Below are positions 31,762-42,099 of a stretch of 64,000 nucleotides of DNA, in pieces. The notes beneath the pieces are model-generated. The model ran no database searches. It saw only the letters and a list, made by a program, of their open reading frames with translations, and had not been told where the DNA came from. This stretch comes from Deltaproteobacteria bacterium TL4 (GTDB lineage: Bacteria > SAR324 > NAC60-12). Each line of letters opens with the position of its first letter. The stretch's first letter is position 1. The DNA is taken from NCBI GenBank assembly GCA_051382335.1, contig JBBCAX010000034.1:1-64000 (forward strand), read 5' to 3'. The position numbers and the translations under genes are program-made.

Positions 31762-33642
31762 TTACTTTTCAAGGCAACTGGAAAGGATCCGACTTCGAGA
31801 AGCATGACTCAACTTGCTAAGCGCTTTTGCTTCAATTTGCCGAATACGTTCTCTTGTGACATTGAAAGTCTGGCCTATTTCCTCGAGAGTGTGGTCATAA
31901 TCACAATCAATGCCGAACCGCATTTTGATCACTTTGGCCTCGCGATTAGTCAACGAATTTAAAGCAACATTAATACGATCCTGATCATCCCGATAGGTGG
32001 CCCATTCTCCAGGCGTTTCACAATTGTCATTTTCCAAAACATCCAATAGCGACATACCTTCCTCGTCTTCAAGCAGCGTATCCAACGACGTCGGTTCCTT
32101 GACAATACACAACGCTTCCATCACTTTGTCATGAACAATACTGGTCTTATCAGCAAGTTCATTAATACTGGGCTCGCGTCCTAAAAAGCTGACAAGCCGT
32201 CGGCGCGCACGCTGAAGTTTAGCGGTGGTTTCAACCATATGAATAGGGATCCTGATAGTACGGCCTTTATCCGCAATAGATCTCACAATCGATTGGCGTA
32301 TCCACCAAGTCGCATAGGTTGAGAACTTATAACCTCTCCGATATTCAAAGGACTCTACCGCACGTATCAGCCCAATGTTTCCTTCCTGGATCAAATCAAG
32401 AAACTGAAGACCTCGATTGCAGTAACGCCTCGCAATTGTAACCACCAAATGCATATGGGCTTCAATGAACTTATGAGTCACCTGTCCCGATCGTCTTTCA
32501 ATGCTTTTCAAGTTTTTTATGTCTTCCTGAAAGGCCTGGAGAGGCACCCCGGTTTGACTCTCCAGACGTTCCAGACGCGTTTTTTGAATGACATAACACT
32601 CTTGATACCGTCTTAAACTTCGCAAATCCTCACCAGTCTGTTTCCATGCGGATTTCCGTACCACTTTTTGTTCAGCCTGATCCAAGGCCACCCAATTTTC
32701 AATCTCTTCCACACTGTATGAGGACGCCTCCAACTTTCGAGTGTAATAGGTTGATAGCCGTAGCGCCTCTGTTACATGGTCATTATGCCGCATCATCAAC
32801 TGATAAAGTTTTTGAAGCTGCCTTGATGTAAAGTTGAGAGAACAAATCGCTTCACTCATTTGAGTGGACAGATTTTTAAGCATTAATTTTCTGGGTTTGG
32901 CCTTTGCTGATTCAATAGTCCACTCATCATAAGCGGACTTTAAACTGTTGAGAACCCCTAAAACTTGAGCACGCACGACTTCTTCATCTTGAAGCTCATT
33001 GTTATCGTAATTGATTGTCGTCACATACTGACCCACATCTGAGTCAGATGGCTCTATACGTGGAATCCATGCCAGTAAATGTTTGACTACAATCATCGAA
33101 CCGCTGATGATCTGGGCCGTTTTAATACGGAAATCTTCAAGTTGTTGAGCCATCGCGGTGGCTTCGTCCCGACTGAGAGATTTGATCTTTCCGATTTCTC
33201 TCAAATATTGATTCACCAAATCATCAAAAGGAGATTCCGTAGGTAACTCCGTATCACTTTCGGACACAACACGTTTTTTCTTTTTGGATGCGACAACCAC
33301 CTCACCAGAAGAGTCGTCAACATCAACAGCATCATCAGCATCATCAGCATCATCAGAATCGTCTGAGTCATCACTTTCCGAAACAGGTTGTCCCTGAATC
33401 AGTTGAATCTCTAATTCCGAAAGTGTTTTAGAAATGTTGCGCCACTCGTTCGAAGAAATATTTTTCTGGGGGAAAAGTGCTTGAATTTCTTCCTGGGTGA
33501 TTGTTCCTTCTTCTCGACTCTGAAGGAGCGATTGAACGTGCTTTAATGAAATGGGATTGCTGGCTGTTTCCATAACAGACTTGCTCATACTGGGCCTTTC
33601 ATTGCTAATCTTGCGGAACCTCATCAAGTCGAATGACCTCAT
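31762..33642 (-). CDS. RpoD-like sigma-70 factor (divergent)
   Basis: Acidic spacer, YLREIG, DLIQEGNIGL, GYKFSTYATWWIRQ, TLEEIGQTFNVTRERIRQIEAKAL. True start may be downstream (MSKSV). Confidence 0.9.
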   Translation of the reverse strand: MRSFDLMRFRKISNERPSMSKSVMETASNPISLKHVQSLLQSREEGTITQEEIQALFPQKNISSNEWRNISKTLSELEIQLIQGQPVSESDDSDDSDDADDADDAVDVDDSSGEVVVASKKKKRVVSESDTELPTESPFDDLVNQYLREIGKIKSLSRDEATAMAQQLEDFRIKTAQIISGSMIVVKHLLAWIPRIEPSDSDVGQYVTTINYDNNELQDEEVVRAQVLGVLNSLKSAYDEWTIESAKAKPRKLMLKNLSTQMSEAICSLNFTSRQLQKLYQLMMRHNDHVTEALRLSTYYTRKLEASSYSVEEIENWVALDQAEQKVVRKSAWKQTGEDLRSLRRYQECYVIQKTRLERLESQTGVPLQAFQEDIKNLKSIERRSGQVTHKFIEAHMHLVVTIARRYCNRGLQFLDLIQEGNIGLIRAVESFEYRRGYKFSTYATWWIRQSIVRSIADKGRTIRIPIHMVETTAKLQRARRRLVSFLGREPSINELADKTSIVHDKVMEALCIVKEPTSLDTLLEDEEGMSLLDVLENDNCETPGEWATYRDDQDRINVALNSLTNREAKVIKMRFGIDCDYDHTLEEIGQTFNVTRERIRQIEAKALSKLSHASRSRILSSCLEK

Positions 33643-33789
33643 ACTCTGGTTTCCAATGACTTCAAGTTTGATTTAATACAGCAAGACATGTACCATTGTA
33701 GACAATCAAACTCAAACTTGCATCAACGCATATGAAATGATATCACCAAAAACAAACTGGCAACCTAATAGACTCACACAAGGATTCTT

Positions 33790-34125
33790 ATGAAGATGCA
33801 TAATTCTCCCTTTTGGCTTTACTTCGGAATGTGGCTGTTGGTACTTCTTGATATGTCCTGCAGTTTAGACTCCAAAGAATTCAGTACACGCTATAGCGAA
33901 GGATATCAGGTAGAAGGCTACGCCCCTACGAACACGGCCGCCACGGGAACAGCCTGTGCTCGTCAATATCGAGATGCCGCTGACGCCGCAAAAAACGCGG
34001 CCCTTTTCAATTTAAGATCGGTTGTAGGCAACTACCGTTACGTCATACACTATCGTGAATCCCGACGCTTTCAAAAGGGCAGTCAGACGTGTATCGAAAT
34101 GATCGCTATCGCTCGTGAACCCTGA
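33790..34125 (+). CDS. Hypothetical exported or lipoprotein-like protein
   Basis: AAGGA RBS; hydrophobic N-terminus ending in Cys. Confidence 0.55.
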   Translation: MKMHNSPFWLYFGMWLLVLLDMSCSLDSKEFSTRYSEGYQVEGYAPTNTAATGTACARQYRDAADAAKNAALFNLRSVVGNYRYVIHYRESRRFQKGSQTCIEMIAIAREP

Positions 34126-34194
34126 TTTTTAAAAAAACTAAAAAGTGGTTTACGCTATTTGCACTACATTATCAACAAAATAAAGAAAAAAATT

Positions 34195-34416
34195 ATGGTC
34201 ATTGCAGATTTAAAACAAGACTGCTCTTCATGCAAAGGGAGTGGTAAAGCTTATGGTTTTGATGAATACGGAACGTTGCGGCATAAAATAACCCCTATTT
34301 GTTTGACCTGTCGGGGAAAAGGTTACGTACTGACAGCTTTGGGACAGGAGGTTTGGGACCTCTTTCAGCCTTTGGTGGAAGAACTCCTCTTGGGGAAAAA
34401 AGGGAATCGTGATTAA
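34195..34416 (+). CDS. Anti-TRAP-like / DnaJ-type zinc-finger small protein
   Basis: MVIADLKQDCSSCKGSG...CLTCRGKGYVLTALGQEVWDLF follows the Bacillus anti-TRAP pattern MVIA..DL...CxxC...CxxCxGKGxxLTAxG. Confidence 0.7.
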   Translation: MVIADLKQDCSSCKGSGKAYGFDEYGTLRHKITPICLTCRGKGYVLTALGQEVWDLFQPLVEELLLGKKGNRD

Positions 34417-35368
34417 AATTAAATTTTTGAAACTTCTACAAACTATGGTGACCCTCCTTTTTATGCTCGGATTCGTTATTCGGCCTCCAACGTTGAGTTT
34501 GATAGCGAAACCCTTCTCAGCGTTCCAATTGAAAGGAAGGGCCGTCGGGGATGTCTCCGCAAAACTGAAGGAGTTAAGCGGACTGGCACATTGTCAAACA
34601 ACCCCCGAGTGGATATGGGCCATCAATGACAAAGGGAATGAACCCGTACTCTACGCACTTTCAGAACAAGCGATGATTGTCGGTTCCTATCTTTTACCTC
34701 AACATTCCAATCGGGATTGGGAAGATCTCGCCTGTGGACGATGTTTATCTACCTCCCAGGAATGTCTCTATATTGGCGATATTGGCAGCAATGATGAGCT
34801 ACGGAAAAAGGTTCGAGTTTACATGATTTCTTTACCGATTTCTTTGGATAAACAATCAAAAAATCAGATAACGCCCATAAAATTAGTTTTAAACTATCCT
34901 GATGGTGGGCATAATGCGGAAACATTACTGGCCCATCCGAAGTTGCCCTTACTTCTGGTCATTACCAAAACAGGCGCAAAAAATGGATTTAGGAAAAATC
35001 CTGGCCTCTATCGCTATGCTGTTTCCGGTGAAGAGAAGAATCATCATAAACGGGTTATGTCTTATATGGGAGAAATTCCGCTGTTGAATATTTTAACCGT
35101 GGGGGATCCTGTCGATTATTTTCAAATAACTGGAGGTGATTTTTACCTTGATGGTAGTTGGATACTCCTTACAAGTAATAGCCTTTTGTACCGATTGCCC
35201 TGGCCTTTTGCTGGAAAAAAAGATATCCCAATCTCGGTTTGGAAAAATGTTCAACGTCCTCAAGTTGAGAGTGTGGCCTTTCATCGCAATGGAAAACAAT
35301 TTTGGGTTGCCTCAGAAGCTCATCACAAAACAGAGCCTTTATTCTTGATGGATATTCCAGGGTTATAA
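34409..35368 (+). CDS. Exported hypothetical protein, likely beta-propeller
   Basis: Signal-like N-terminus; ELSGLA, WAINDKGN, NRDWEDLA, YIGDIG, HNAETL, QVESVAF. Confidence 0.7.
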   Translation: MIKIKFLKLLQTMVTLLFMLGFVIRPPTLSLIAKPFSAFQLKGRAVGDVSAKLKELSGLAHCQTTPEWIWAINDKGNEPVLYALSEQAMIVGSYLLPQHSNRDWEDLACGRCLSTSQECLYIGDIGSNDELRKKVRVYMISLPISLDKQSKNQITPIKLVLNYPDGGHNAETLLAHPKLPLLLVITKTGAKNGFRKNPGLYRYAVSGEEKNHHKRVMSYMGEIPLLNILTVGDPVDYFQITGGDFYLDGSWILLTSNSLLYRLPWPFAGKKDIPISVWKNVQRPQVESVAFHRNGKQFWVASEAHHKTEPLFLMDIPGL

Positions 35369-35546
35369 GCTTTCAATATCAGGGAAACTAGTCTAAGGTG
35401 GAAGATGGATTTTGTTAGTTTGAGGGGATTCCTAATCCCTAAAAAACCGGATTGTGACAAAGACCCAGTGGTTGTGCGGAACAGACCAATCTTAGCCATG
35501 CTATCCAAACTTGGACGGATAGATTTCATAAATATATGGAGAAATT

Positions 35547-35831
35547 ATGAGTGAGAGTGTTGATGAGTTGACAATACGTTACGAAGAAAACGATATTGAA
35601 GTCATAAAGGAATTGAAAAAACATATCTTGTCTAAAGGAGCCTGGACAACCATTATGTTTCTATATCAGGAGTGGGACCGAGCTAAAGAAGCCTATAGCG
35701 AGCCTAAAGTCAGTATCCGCCGATATCAAAAAAGGAATAATCAGTTTAGTCAAAAATCAAAATTTAATATTTCCAGTGCAAAACAAGGCTTGGAAGTTGC
35801 CAAAATGTTACAGGAGTGGTTTCCTGAATGA
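35547..35831 (+). CDS. Hypothetical protein
   Basis: GGAGA RBS, 94 aa, overlaps the pabB start (ATGA). Confidence 0.7.
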   Translation: MSESVDELTIRYEENDIEVIKELKKHILSKGAWTTIMFLYQEWDRAKEAYSEPKVSIRRYQKRNNQFSQKSKFNISSAKQGLEVAKMLQEWFPE

Positions 35832-37201
35832 ACTCCGGTATTCAACTGAAACTGCAGTCGTCTCCCCAATCATTATTTAAAATTCTGTTAAGAAAGCAGG
35901 GTACCGGCGTACTTTTGGAAAGCAGTGATTATCATGAACGCTATGGTCAGTACTCCTTGATGAGTACGAACCCTGTTGCCTGGATTGAAAGCTGTCAACA
36001 GAAAATCACCGTAGGGCATGGCGAGCAACAGGCGGAAGTTCAAGGGGATGTTTTTGTTATTTTAAAGCAATTATTAGAACAATATCAACCTGTTGTTGTT
36101 CCCAGCGTTTCTCATTTTACAGGCGGAGCGATTGGAGTGATCGGTTATGATTTTTGTCAAAACTATTGGCCTCGTCACCACGTTGGCAAACCCGGTGTCT
36201 GGCCCGATTGTTATTTTGGAATCTATCCCTGGGTTTTGGTTTATCATCATCAATACCACCAGTACTTTTTTTATGGCAATACTACGGAATGGATTCCATT
36301 GCTTGAGGAATATGATCAGGAGTCTGACACAACGTTTGATTCTGACCTCAACATCGGTCCCTTGAAATCTTCTGTTGAGCCCCGAGAATATTTAGCTCAA
36401 ATTGAACAAATTCAGAACTGGATTCGTCAAGGCGATGTTTACCAAGTCAATCTTTCTCAGCAATATAAAACGAAATATACTTGTTCTTCTCAGGAACCTC
36501 TTCTGGCCGAGTATCAACTTTACCAAAATTTAATGCGGCACAATCCTGCCCCCTTTTCCGGCTTTATGCCTTTACGAAATCAACAAACGGTGCTCAGTTC
36601 CTCTCCAGAATTATTTTTCTCTCTTCAATCAGGGCATGTGGTGATGCGACCTATAAAGGGAACAGCGCCACGACATCAAGAACGACGTCTTGATGAAGCA
36701 CAAAAAATACAGCTTTGGAATAGCGAGAAAGATAAAGCGGAATTGATGATGATTATTGATTTGGAGCGCAATGATTTGGGCCGAGTTGCGGAATATGGAA
36801 GCATTCAGGTGAGCCATTTGCAGCAACTTGAAAGTTATGCAACCGTCCATCATCTCGTCGCGACTATTGAAGGCCAATTGGTACCGCAAGCCGGTGTTTT
36901 TGATTTATTAAAAGCGACCTTCCCTTGTGGCTCAGTAACAGGTGCTCCCAAACTAAGAGCAATGGAACGGATTTATCAGTTGGAACGTGTGCCACGGGCT
37001 ATCTATACGGGAAGCCTGGGATGGATTGATTTTAACGGAAACGCTGCTTTTAATGTTGCCATCAGAACGTTGCTCATACACAACAAGGAAATCACCTTTA
37101 ATGTAGGAGGCGGTATCGTTATCGACAGCATTCCTCAAAAAGAATATGAGGAAACGCTGCACAAGGGACAAGGGATGATGCGAGCGTTGGGAAAGGACTA
37201 A
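35828..37201 (+). CDS. pabB: Aminodeoxychorismate synthase component I (PabB/TrpE family)
   Basis: GDVYQVNLSQ, NPAPFS, SSSPELF, RPIKGT, AELMMIIDLERNDLGR, GSVTGAPKLRAM. The PIKGT motif favours PabB. Confidence 0.85.
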   Translation: MNSGIQLKLQSSPQSLFKILLRKQGTGVLLESSDYHERYGQYSLMSTNPVAWIESCQQKITVGHGEQQAEVQGDVFVILKQLLEQYQPVVVPSVSHFTGGAIGVIGYDFCQNYWPRHHVGKPGVWPDCYFGIYPWVLVYHHQYHQYFFYGNTTEWIPLLEEYDQESDTTFDSDLNIGPLKSSVEPREYLAQIEQIQNWIRQGDVYQVNLSQQYKTKYTCSSQEPLLAEYQLYQNLMRHNPAPFSGFMPLRNQQTVLSSSPELFFSLQSGHVVMRPIKGTAPRHQERRLDEAQKIQLWNSEKDKAELMMIIDLERNDLGRVAEYGSIQVSHLQQLESYATVHHLVATIEGQLVPQAGVFDLLKATFPCGSVTGAPKLRAMERIYQLERVPRAIYTGSLGWIDFNGNAAFNVAIRTLLIHNKEITFNVGGGIVIDSIPQKEYEETLHKGQGMMRALGKD

Positions 37202-37502
37202 TTCTTGCTGTATTTTTAGTTTCACTTTCAAAACTTGTTCCCCTCTGCCATCTCAGACCTTTTTGAAAAGCCTCATCCTTGGAGACAGCTTGCGTTTTAC
37301 AGGGACTATCGTAATTTAAAGGATCACTAGTCAATTTCTTGAATTATGTTAAACTGAGACTTAGTCCCTTAGAAGTTAAATTTTGAGTAAAAGCACAAAA
37401 TAATTTTAACGTAAAGGCGCAGAGGGCGCAAAGAAACGCAGAGCTGAATTTTAATGAAAAGCGTTTTTTATTGACTCACTTTTTTGGTGAAAATCCCTTT
37501 CT

Positions 37503-39380
37503 GTGGAGAGTATCTTGAATCGATTTACTTTTTTAGTCATTGTCACTTTAATGTTCATGCAAAGCGTTGCTCAAGGAGACTCTTCAGCACCTGGAACGTC
37601 TTTATTTCCACGAGCCGAGATTGTTAAAATTCAGGTCTATTTTTGGAAGAAAGTCTATACTGAAATCACAACAACCGAGGGCTATCTTCACGACAGTGAG
37701 TCAATCTTACCTATTTATGAGAAGGTTTCAGTACAAAACCTGTCAAGGAAAGAAGCCCGCAACTTGGTAAACGCGCAGAAACGTCAAGTGGAGCAAAAGC
37801 TTTATCAATTGGCGGATGCCTTACAGACGCAACAAACGCTAACCGCAGAGCAAAGCCGTTTACTCCAGCTTTTCTATGCGAACATCACTCCCCATCAATT
37901 AAGAACAGCGGCACATCGATTGCGTTTTCAATATGGTTTGTCTGATCGTTTTCAACAAGGGTTGATTCGTGCTGGTGCTTATATGCCTTATATTAAGAAA
38001 ATTTTTGAGCAACAGGGTCTTCCTATGGAATTGGTCCATATTCCTCATGTCGAATCCTCTTTTAATTGGGTATCTCATTCTAAAATAGGAGCCAAAGGAA
38101 TTTGGCAATTTATGTCCAGAACAGGTCGAGAGTATATGAAATTAGACGCAAGTATTGATGAACGAATAGACCCTTTCATTTCGACTCAAGCGGCGGCAAA
38201 ACTTTTGAAGAAAAATTATGAAATTTTAGGAAGTTGGCCGCTGGCGATTACAGCGTATAACCACGGTCCCAATGGCATTCGAAGAATTGCGAAAAGAATG
38301 GAAAGTGAGGATCTCGGTTATTTGATCCGACACTATGAAAGTCGGAGTTTTAATTTTGCGAGTAAAAATTTTTATGCCGAAGTGCTTGCCGCAGGAGATG
38401 TCGCGGAAAATTATCAACAGTATTTTGGACAACTGACCTTAAACGAGCCTCTCCATTTTCAAAATATCCGCCTGCCTCAACCCATGTATTTGCAGACGGT
38501 TCTCTCAATTCTCGATTATCCTCGTTCACAAATTCTCAATTTAAATCCTGCTTTAACTTATGCTGTAATTCAGGGTTATCGTCAAATTCCGACTTCTTAT
38601 CTTTTCAAAGTTCCTGAGAGGGCAGATACACCCATTAGGCTTAAGCCCCAGATTTTTGCAAATTTTTCTTCCGCACAGGCAGCAGAATCGCCAAATACGG
38701 ACTTACCTCTTTCTGAATCAACACCAACCTCGTCAGTTTCAGATGTAGACATTGCTGCCACACCAAGGGAACGCAGCCAAGCCTTGGATCAACGCCTGGA
38801 AGAAGACGGAAGCGAAGTGAAATGGGAGCAACCTACTGTTATTGTTCAAAAAGGAGATTCCCTGTTTTCAATTGCGCTTCAACATCGCGTTTCCGTGCCA
38901 AAACTTGCGGAAAAGAACGGATTATCTCTCGAAAATCCCAGAATTTATCCGAACCAGAAACTTTATCTTCCTCTTGAACCACAAAAAATATCAGTGATTA
39001 AAATCCCCATTACTCCGGCATTTACGGTTTCTGCAGAAGAACCTTTAACACGATATGTCAGTGTGTTTCAAGGAGACACGTTACTCAACCTTTCCAAACG
39101 ATATCAAATCGACATTGATGAATTGGCGTCTGTCAATCAACTGAAACCCGATAGTTCTACCTATCCTGGGCAAAAACTGAAACTGCCTGGAAGCTGGTTA
39201 CCTGATATTGAAGGTTCTGTGTCCAGCAATCGTCCAGCGACCGTCATAGTACGGTCTGGAGATAGTTTATGGTCCATTTCACAAAAAGTTGGAATCCCTA
39301 TGCATCAGTTGATGCTAGTCAATGGACTTTCACAGCGGTCGGTGATTTATCCTGGACAACAATTGATAGTAGGTCTATGA
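37503..39380 (+). CDS. MltD-like lytic transglycosylase with three LysM domains
   Basis: IPHVESSFN, GAKGIWQFM, AITAYNHG; three V..GD[ST]L..I LysM repeats. Confidence 0.9.
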   Translation: MESILNRFTFLVIVTLMFMQSVAQGDSSAPGTSLFPRAEIVKIQVYFWKKVYTEITTTEGYLHDSESILPIYEKVSVQNLSRKEARNLVNAQKRQVEQKLYQLADALQTQQTLTAEQSRLLQLFYANITPHQLRTAAHRLRFQYGLSDRFQQGLIRAGAYMPYIKKIFEQQGLPMELVHIPHVESSFNWVSHSKIGAKGIWQFMSRTGREYMKLDASIDERIDPFISTQAAAKLLKKNYEILGSWPLAITAYNHGPNGIRRIAKRMESEDLGYLIRHYESRSFNFASKNFYAEVLAAGDVAENYQQYFGQLTLNEPLHFQNIRLPQPMYLQTVLSILDYPRSQILNLNPALTYAVIQGYRQIPTSYLFKVPERADTPIRLKPQIFANFSSAQAAESPNTDLPLSESTPTSSVSDVDIAATPRERSQALDQRLEEDGSEVKWEQPTVIVQKGDSLFSIALQHRVSVPKLAEKNGLSLENPRIYPNQKLYLPLEPQKISVIKIPITPAFTVSAEEPLTRYVSVFQGDTLLNLSKRYQIDIDELASVNQLKPDSSTYPGQKLKLPGSWLPDIEGSVSSNRPATVIVRSGDSLWSISQKVGIPMHQLMLVNGLSQRSVIYPGQQLIVGL

Positions 39381-42052
39381 AGTTGCGTTGCTCGTTCGAA
39401 TTCAAGTGGGTTTTGCTGGGCTTCTATGTGGTTGCCCTCTGTCTGGTAACAGGATCCGTCCTTAGCGCGGCACAACCTGAAGTGTCTCAAGCTTACGATG
39501 AAGAAGAACGAATACTTACCGCCATCCAAATCAACCCCAAACATTCGATGGGATATGCTCGCCTTTCCCTTTATTACCAACAACAAAAACGTTGGGATGA
39601 TGCGGTTGAAGCCCTTGAAAAAGGCCTAAGTGTTGATCCCAAATCGGTTCCCCTTTTACGGATGAGAGGGAAGTTGCATCAAGTTCTGGGGAACCCCAAT
39701 CAAGCGCTAAAATTTTACGATGAAGTGTTGGAGAACAATCCTGAGCCAACCCTGCTTTTAGACAGGGCTCAAATGCTTTGGAGTTTTCATAATGTTCAGC
39801 CTGCAATTAAAGATCTGAAGCAGGCGTTAGAACAAGCGCCTGAATTGTTTGAAGTCCATCTTTTGTTGGGATTGATTTATTCGACTCAGAAAAAAGGGAA
39901 TGAGGCCTTGAACGAGCTCATTCGGGCAGCCCAACTGGAAGGACAGCATTCCGAGCTCTGGCGTCAAATCAGTTTATTGTGGAAGGAACGGGGTGATTTT
40001 CCCAAAGCCCGTTCAGCGATGTATGAAGCGGTAAAACTCAATCCTAATTCCTATCAGTATTTGCAACTGTATGCTTCCATGTTGGAAAAGACGATTTATG
40101 AGGAAGAGACGCAGAAGGAGTTAGCAAGTGTTTTGAAATCCATGCTGCATCTTTTTCCTGAAGATGCCTGGACTCATGGACATTACGGAAATTTGGAATT
40201 TTATCTCAAACAGGAAGCTCAAGCGGAAGCCTCTTTGACGCAGGCAGTGACGATTCGTAAAGATTACCCTTGGGCATGGTTTCGTTTGGGCTCGTTATAT
40301 ACTCAGCAGAAACGCTGGGATTTGGCGGTGAGTTCGTTTATGAAAGGGTTGGAATACGAACCTGATAACCTTCAAGTGAAGAAACAATTGGTTTTAGTTT
40401 ATGAAATGCAGGAGGATTTGCCCAAAGCCATCCCGCTGTATCAGCTTCTGCTCAAAAAAGCTCCTGAAGCAGAGCTGTTTCAAAGACTTTCGCAGTTATA
40501 TTGGAAAGCGTTAAAATTCCAGGAAGCGTTGGAAACGTTGAAGCAAGGGTTGAGGCTCTTTCCTGAAAATCCAGAGTTGAATTGGGAGTTAGGCAGTTAT
40601 TATGAAGCCTCTATGCAGTTGCCCAAAGCAAAAGCCGCCTACTTGAGTATCTTGGAAAAAAACCCCGCACACCTTCAAGCCTTGGTAAAATTAGCCCTTT
40701 TGGAAAAAAAGTTAAGGCATCCAAAGCAAAGCCAGTCCTATTTCAAACAAATACTTCAGCTTGCTCCGCAATATCACTGGGCTTACATTCAACTGATACG
40801 TCTGCAATTGCAAGATCCTCATTTTGAAGAGCAAGCAGAACAAAGTTTACTCCAGTATTTGAAAGGAGATCCCAACTCAGAATGGGGCTACCTTCAACTC
40901 GGGTTATTACAATTGAAGCAAAAACGTTTTCAGGAAGCGGAAGCTACGTTGAAACTGGGACTTGACAAGTACGCTCAATCGAGTTGGCTTCATGAGTCAC
41001 TGGCCCTGGTTTATGAAGCTCAAGGAAAGTGGACTGAGGCCCTGGCAGAATTTAATAGCGCTACAGTATCCCGCCCTGATGATCCCTCGTTGTTGAGTCA
41101 TCAAAGCTTTATTTATACACAATTGCAACAACCCGCTCAAGCCTTGGAAAAAATCACGAGTTCCATGTTAGTGACGGATTGGGGGTTGTGGGAGTGGTAT
41201 CAATTCATGCTGCTTCATCCTCAAACTTACCAAGAAACCTGGTTGGGAAAAGATCTAGCCTGGGTAAAACCTATTTTGAATGATATTTTGAGTTATCGAT
41301 TTCAACAAGCTCAGGCACAAATTGAAGTTGCGCCCTTGGAAGAAATAGCTCGTGAAGCCTTAAAACGATTTTTGTCACTGGCTCAATCCAAGGGAAAAGT
41401 GAAACCCTTCGCTGAACAAGCGTTCAAAACCAAGCCTCCGCTATGGGTTCAGTTCCAAGAAGGCTTTATTCAGGAAAGACAAGGCAACCTGGCTAGTGCG
41501 ATCCGGCATTACCTTCAGGTATTACAAGACGTCCCGGAGCCCTCCTGGATTCATATTCGCTTGGGTGTGGTCTACGAAAAACAAGACCAGCTCGAACAAA
41601 GCATTCACCATTACTCCCTCTTTGTTCAGCACTATCCCCATTCCCTGTGGGGAACCTTTCGCATTGCGGTCAATATGGGGTTGTTGGGAAAAGAAGCGGA
41701 AGCCATTGAAAAATACAAAACGATTCTTAACGTATATTCAAAACATGCGGCAAGCCTGAACAACCTCGCCTGGCTCTATTTAACCAGTCCCACACAACAA
41801 AAAAATGTGTCCTCAGCGTTGAAGCTCGCAAAACTGGCAGTAGATCTTCAAGACTCGGATGACCACCTGGATACCCTTGCGGAAGCCTACTTTCAGTCAG
41901 GCAATCAATCACAAGCAATTGAAACCATTAAAAGAGCTATTTTAAAGAGCACGTTGAATTCAAAAAAATTCAAATACTTAATGCAGCAGTACGAACGTTT
42001 TCAACAGGGTGAATTAAAATCGTTACCTGGACCTTTTGAGGAAAGCACCTAG
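39377..42052 (+). CDS. Exported TPR-repeat protein
   Basis: Signal peptide after ATG 39377 (overlaps the upstream stop); many TPR units; LNNLAWLY..DTLAEAYF. Confidence 0.85.
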   Translation: MKLRCSFEFKWVLLGFYVVALCLVTGSVLSAAQPEVSQAYDEEERILTAIQINPKHSMGYARLSLYYQQQKRWDDAVEALEKGLSVDPKSVPLLRMRGKLHQVLGNPNQALKFYDEVLENNPEPTLLLDRAQMLWSFHNVQPAIKDLKQALEQAPELFEVHLLLGLIYSTQKKGNEALNELIRAAQLEGQHSELWRQISLLWKERGDFPKARSAMYEAVKLNPNSYQYLQLYASMLEKTIYEEETQKELASVLKSMLHLFPEDAWTHGHYGNLEFYLKQEAQAEASLTQAVTIRKDYPWAWFRLGSLYTQQKRWDLAVSSFMKGLEYEPDNLQVKKQLVLVYEMQEDLPKAIPLYQLLLKKAPEAELFQRLSQLYWKALKFQEALETLKQGLRLFPENPELNWELGSYYEASMQLPKAKAAYLSILEKNPAHLQALVKLALLEKKLRHPKQSQSYFKQILQLAPQYHWAYIQLIRLQLQDPHFEEQAEQSLLQYLKGDPNSEWGYLQLGLLQLKQKRFQEAEATLKLGLDKYAQSSWLHESLALVYEAQGKWTEALAEFNSATVSRPDDPSLLSHQSFIYTQLQQPAQALEKITSSMLVTDWGLWEWYQFMLLHPQTYQETWLGKDLAWVKPILNDILSYRFQQAQAQIEVAPLEEIAREALKRFLSLAQSKGKVKPFAEQAFKTKPPLWVQFQEGFIQERQGNLASAIRHYLQVLQDVPEPSWIHIRLGVVYEKQDQLEQSIHHYSLFVQHYPHSLWGTFRIAVNMGLLGKEAEAIEKYKTILNVYSKHAASLNNLAWLYLTSPTQQKNVSSALKLAKLAVDLQDSDDHLDTLAEAYFQSGNQSQAIETIKRAILKSTLNSKKFKYLMQQYERFQQGELKSLPGPFEEST

Positions 42053-42099
42053 TCTGTCTGAATTTCAGTTTCCTCTGGACCTTTAACCGAAGATATTTT

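Noticed and set aside
37405..37445. GCGCAGAG-type short repeats as a distinct element
   Set aside because: Too short and degenerate, with no second copy found in the window.
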